64,000 bases of DNA, taken from contig VGXI01000001.1 in assembly GCA_016873475.1 (NCBI GenBank), forward strand, positions 2,079 through 66,078, given 5' to 3'. This stretch comes from a bacterium (GTDB lineage Bacteria; Krumholzibacteriota; Krumholzibacteriia; JACNKJ01). A model generated the notes under the pieces. It had not been told where the DNA came from. It saw only the letters and a program-made list of their open reading frames with translations, and did no database searches. Both the position numbers and the translations under genes were made by a program. Positions within the stretch are counted from its first letter, which is position 1. Every line of letters starts with the position of its first letter. Below are positions 61,670-64,000 of this stretch, piece by piece.

Positions 61670-64000
61670 CGCAGCAGCACCAGCTTCTGGCTCTCGGCGA
61701 GGCCCGCCGCCTCCAGGCGCACGAAGTAGACCCCCGTGCCCGCCGCGCGGCCGGCTTCATCGCGACCGTCCCAGACGACCGCATGCTCGCCCGCCGGGCG
61801 CGGCTCGTTCAAGAGCTCCCGCACGAGCCGGCCCGGCACGTCGTAGACCGCCAGGCGCGCCCGCCCCGCCGCCGCCAGCGAGAAGGGCACCGTCACGTTC
61901 GGGTTGAAGGGATTCGGGTGCGCCGCCGCGAGCCGCGTCGCGAAGCGCCGGCCGCTCACGGCCAGCGACTCGCTGCGCAGGAGCTGCCAGCTCTCGCCCG
62001 GCAGACGGCCGAAGAGCCGGTAGTGCAGCTCACCCGCGGTCGCCAGCGCCGCGGCGTGGTCCTCGGCTTCGTACTGGCCGGGCGCCGTCTGCTGCCAGGC
62101 GACCTGCCAGGAGAGGCCGTCCCGCTCGCCTTCGAGGCGGAACTCCGCATCCCCGCCCCCCTCGTAGCGCCAGCGCGCGAGCGCCGCGCCGCCGAGGTCG
62201 GCGAGGCTGAAGTCGGAGAGAACCACCGGCATCGCGATGGTGCAAGAGCAGCCGCCGGGCAGGCTGCCCGTGCAGTTGAAGGTGAGATGCCCCGGCTCGC
62301 ACCAGTACTCGACGTAGTCCGTGCCGACGAGAACGAGATTGCCGCTGTCCAGACTCTCACACACCGTGATGCGGTGGTCCTCTCCGATCCAACTGTCCTG
62401 GATCTCGAAGAAGTCGATGGTGCCGAGCAGGGCCATCGGCCCCGGCACCGGCGGGTTGAAGGCCATGGCAATGCCGTGGCCGGCCTCGCCGATCACCAGC
62501 GATGTGTTCCAGTGGTAGCTGATGATGCCGCCGTTGCCTGCCGCGGGCAGGTTGCCGATCCTGAACTCGGCGGCCGTGATCGCCGTGAAATACTCGGGCA
62601 GGATCGCGAAGACGTAGACCGTGGCGGTCTGGAACTGCTCCTGGTTCAGCTGGCAAAGGATCGCATCCTCTTCGGCGTAGATGCCGAGCATCGGCGTACC
62701 GCCGCCCCCACCGGTGCCGGTGCCGTAGCAGCTGATCGAAGGGCAATCCTCCAGGCCCGTCGTGATCAGGGCGGAGTAGACCCCCATCGCACCGGGGTGG
62801 AAGCTGGCCCGCGCATTCAAGGTTTCCCCGGGATCGAGCAGGAAGGGGCCGGCACCGAGGGTCAGCGCGAAGTAGTCGCCCGAGATCTGCAGACTGCCGC
62901 CCAGGGGCGCGTAGCCGACGTTGGTGATGCTGAAGTCGCGATGAGCCGTGTTGCCGTAGAAGACCGTCCCGAAGTCCAGTGACGTGGCCGAGAGCTCGCA
63001 GGAGCCGCTCTCGAAATCCAGGCAATCGCAGAGCCCCGGATCGTTGCAGTTGAGGGTGAAGCGCCCGCCGCCCACGTCCCAGCCCAAGCCGGCGCCGTCG
63101 TTCACGCGCAGCTGGTCGCCGTCCAGGGAACGCTGCATGTGCAGGACGATGTCGTGGCCAAGGTCGGTGAAGGGAAGGATCGTCAGCCGCCCCAGTGCGA
63201 CCCAATCGCCCGGCACCGGCGCGCCGAAGTCGAAACGGATGCCCGAGGCCAAGTTGCCGTCCAGCGGCGGATAGAACCACTCCTCGGTGACTTCGGCTAC
63301 ACCGCTGAGCGCCTCGAGGCCGGCAACGCGGAACTCGGCGCCCGTGATGCCCGGATCCGCGAAGCTGGGCACCCGGGCGATGACGTAGAGGGTGTCGGGA
63401 ACGCCGACCGGGAAGTCGCCCGCGCAGAGCGTGCCCGCGGCATCGAGAAAGAGACCGAGATGATCGGCGCCGTGCGCGGGGTTGCGCGCAAAACCGCTGA
63501 GAGGCACGTCTGCGCAGGCCGCCGCGCCGAGCGCGACCGTGGCCGCATGCGGGCCGTAGCTCGCAGGGTCATAGCGCACCGTGACCTGCCGCCCATGCCC
63601 GGGCTGCAGCGTGAAGGCGCCACCCCCGGCCAGCAGGTGGAAGTGCTCACTGTCCAAGGTGACCTCGCCGACCAGCGGGCCGTCGCCCGTGTTGGCGATG
63701 TTGAAGCTCGCAGTGGCGTAGCTGCCCAGGAGTCGCTCGCCGAAGTCGAGGCTTTCCGGTTCGAGCACGCAGTTCGGCGCCGGCTCGTGAGCGCGTCCGA
63801 TCAGCGGCAACTCGGCGCAGTAGGGCAGGCCCGTGGTCAGCACGGCCGCGTGTTGCCCCGCCGCCAGAGGCGTGTAGCGCACGGTGAAGTTGTGGACCGC
63901 GGCCGGCGCTACCGTGAAGGCGCCGCCCCCCGCGACGAGACTGAAGTTGGGATCGGCGAGGGCGATCACGCCGCTGAGCGCTAGATCCCCCGTGTTCTCG
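61666..64000 (-). CDS. Large secreted protein with repeated Ig-like/beta-sandwich modules and T9SS-type C-terminal sorting domain (N-terminus beyond the window end)
   Basis: Repeated modules of the form FSL.AGGGAFT..PG....TVRY.P...G.H.A....G. C-terminal AHPNPFNPNVTVPFSL...GVYFVRLEAAG...QKLVLLR. The frame is open to the window edge. Confidence 0.6.
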   Translation of the reverse strand, partial: ENTGDLALSGVIALADPNFSLVAGGGAFTVAPAAVHNFTVRYTPLAAGQHAAVLTTGLPYCAELPLIGRAHEPAPNCVLEPESLDFGERLLGSYATASFNIANTGDGPLVGEVTLDSEHFHLLAGGGAFTLQPGHGRQVTVRYDPASYGPHAATVALGAAACADVPLSGFARNPAHGADHLGLFLDAAGTLCAGDFPVGVPDTLYVIARVPSFADPGITGAEFRVAGLEALSGVAEVTEEWFYPPLDGNLASGIRFDFGAPVPGDWVALGRLTILPFTDLGHDIVLHMQRSLDGDQLRVNDGAGLGWDVGGGRFTLNCNDPGLCDCLDFESGSCELSATSLDFGTVFYGNTAHRDFSITNVGYAPLGGSLQISGDYFALTLGAGPFLLDPGETLNARASFHPGAMGVYSALITTGLEDCPSISCYGTGTGGGGGTPMLGIYAEEDAILCQLNQEQFQTATVYVFAILPEYFTAITAAEFRIGNLPAAGNGGIISYHWNTSLVIGEAGHGIAMAFNPPVPGPMALLGTIDFFEIQDSWIGEDHRITVCESLDSGNLVLVGTDYVEYWCEPGHLTFNCTGSLPGGCSCTIAMPVVLSDFSLADLGGAALARWRYEGGGDAEFRLEGERDGLSWQVAWQQTAPGQYEAEDHAAALATAGELHYRLFGRLPGESWQLLRSESLAVSGRRFATRLAAAHPNPFNPNVTVPFSLAAAGRARLAVYDVPGRLVRELLNEPRPAGEHAVVWDGRDEAGRAAGTGVYFVRLEAAGLAESQKLVLLR

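Noticed and set aside
1-64000. CRISPR arrays, tRNA/rRNA genes, transposases/integrases, phage structural genes
   Set aside because: No direct-repeat/spacer periodicity and no tRNA-like cloverleaf candidates (no GTTCGAATCC-type T-loops) in any intergenic gap. No DDE/tyrosine-recombinase-like ORFs, so no mobile-element call is supported.

Overview
This is a high-GC (about 70-75%) bacterial chromosomal window that is densely coding on both strands. Codon usage is strongly GC3-biased, which produces many long spurious ORFs in the six-frame track (for example 15977..21217, 21992..25213, 32716..35826); I reject these. Where the track 'M' is an alternative start or sits upstream of the real one, I refined starts using signal peptides, RBS-like purine runs, ATGA stop/start overlaps and conserved N-termini. 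At least seven proteins end in a T9SS/FlgD-Ig-type C-terminal sorting domain (PNPFNP...GVYFARL...KLVLLR) and one carries a PEP-CTERM tail, which suggests a Gemmatimonadota/Eisenbacteria-like environmental lineage.

In order along the window:
- a partial secreted Cys-rich protein and a glutaminyl cyclase lipoprotein
- an SPFH-Arc(RHH)-ABC ATPase-FtsX permease operon
- a molybdopterin (Mo-bisPGD) oxidoreductase that lacks a Tat signal and starts on a non-ATG codon, followed by a fused DmsB-ferredoxin/DmsC-anchor gene
- a TonB-dependent receptor next to a CarH-like (MerR + B12-binding, Wx9EH) regulator
- a decayed stretch holding a fasciclin fragment, a DUF4397 fragment, an intact beta-CASP RNase J-like gene and a sorting-domain remnant
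- beta-propeller and BNR/sortilin-like secreted proteins
- NptA-PhoU plus a Ppx/GppA phosphatase
- three paralogous secreted proteins that share a GH32/43-like five-bladed propeller and a conserved 'WGDNPY' C-terminal module, one of them fused to an FGE-sulfatase domain and an FN3 domain
- a tandem, translationally coupled pair of DUF1670-like HTH proteins in a slightly lower-GC pocket flanked by a strong hairpin
- TPR proteins, glpX, an M28 peptidase, a site-2 protease, a metzincin-like lipoprotein and a LolE-like permease
- a 5'-nucleotidase and a 3D-domain protein
- a roughly 17 kb exopolysaccharide locus whose gene set matches the exosortase/PEP-CTERM-associated module (sugar transferase, Wza-like exporter, PEP-CTERM protein, acyl-CoA ligase, ACP, AsnB-like amidotransferase, polysaccharide deacetylase, two GT4 enzymes, heparinase II/III-like protein, WecB)

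Several near-consensus sigma70 promoters stand out as AT-rich islands. I found no rRNA, tRNA, CRISPR array, transposase or integrase. Character-level coordinates that I derived by reading the sequence (promoters, hairpins, the first partial gene) may be off by 1-2 nt; CDS starts derived by codon arithmetic from the ORF track are exact.
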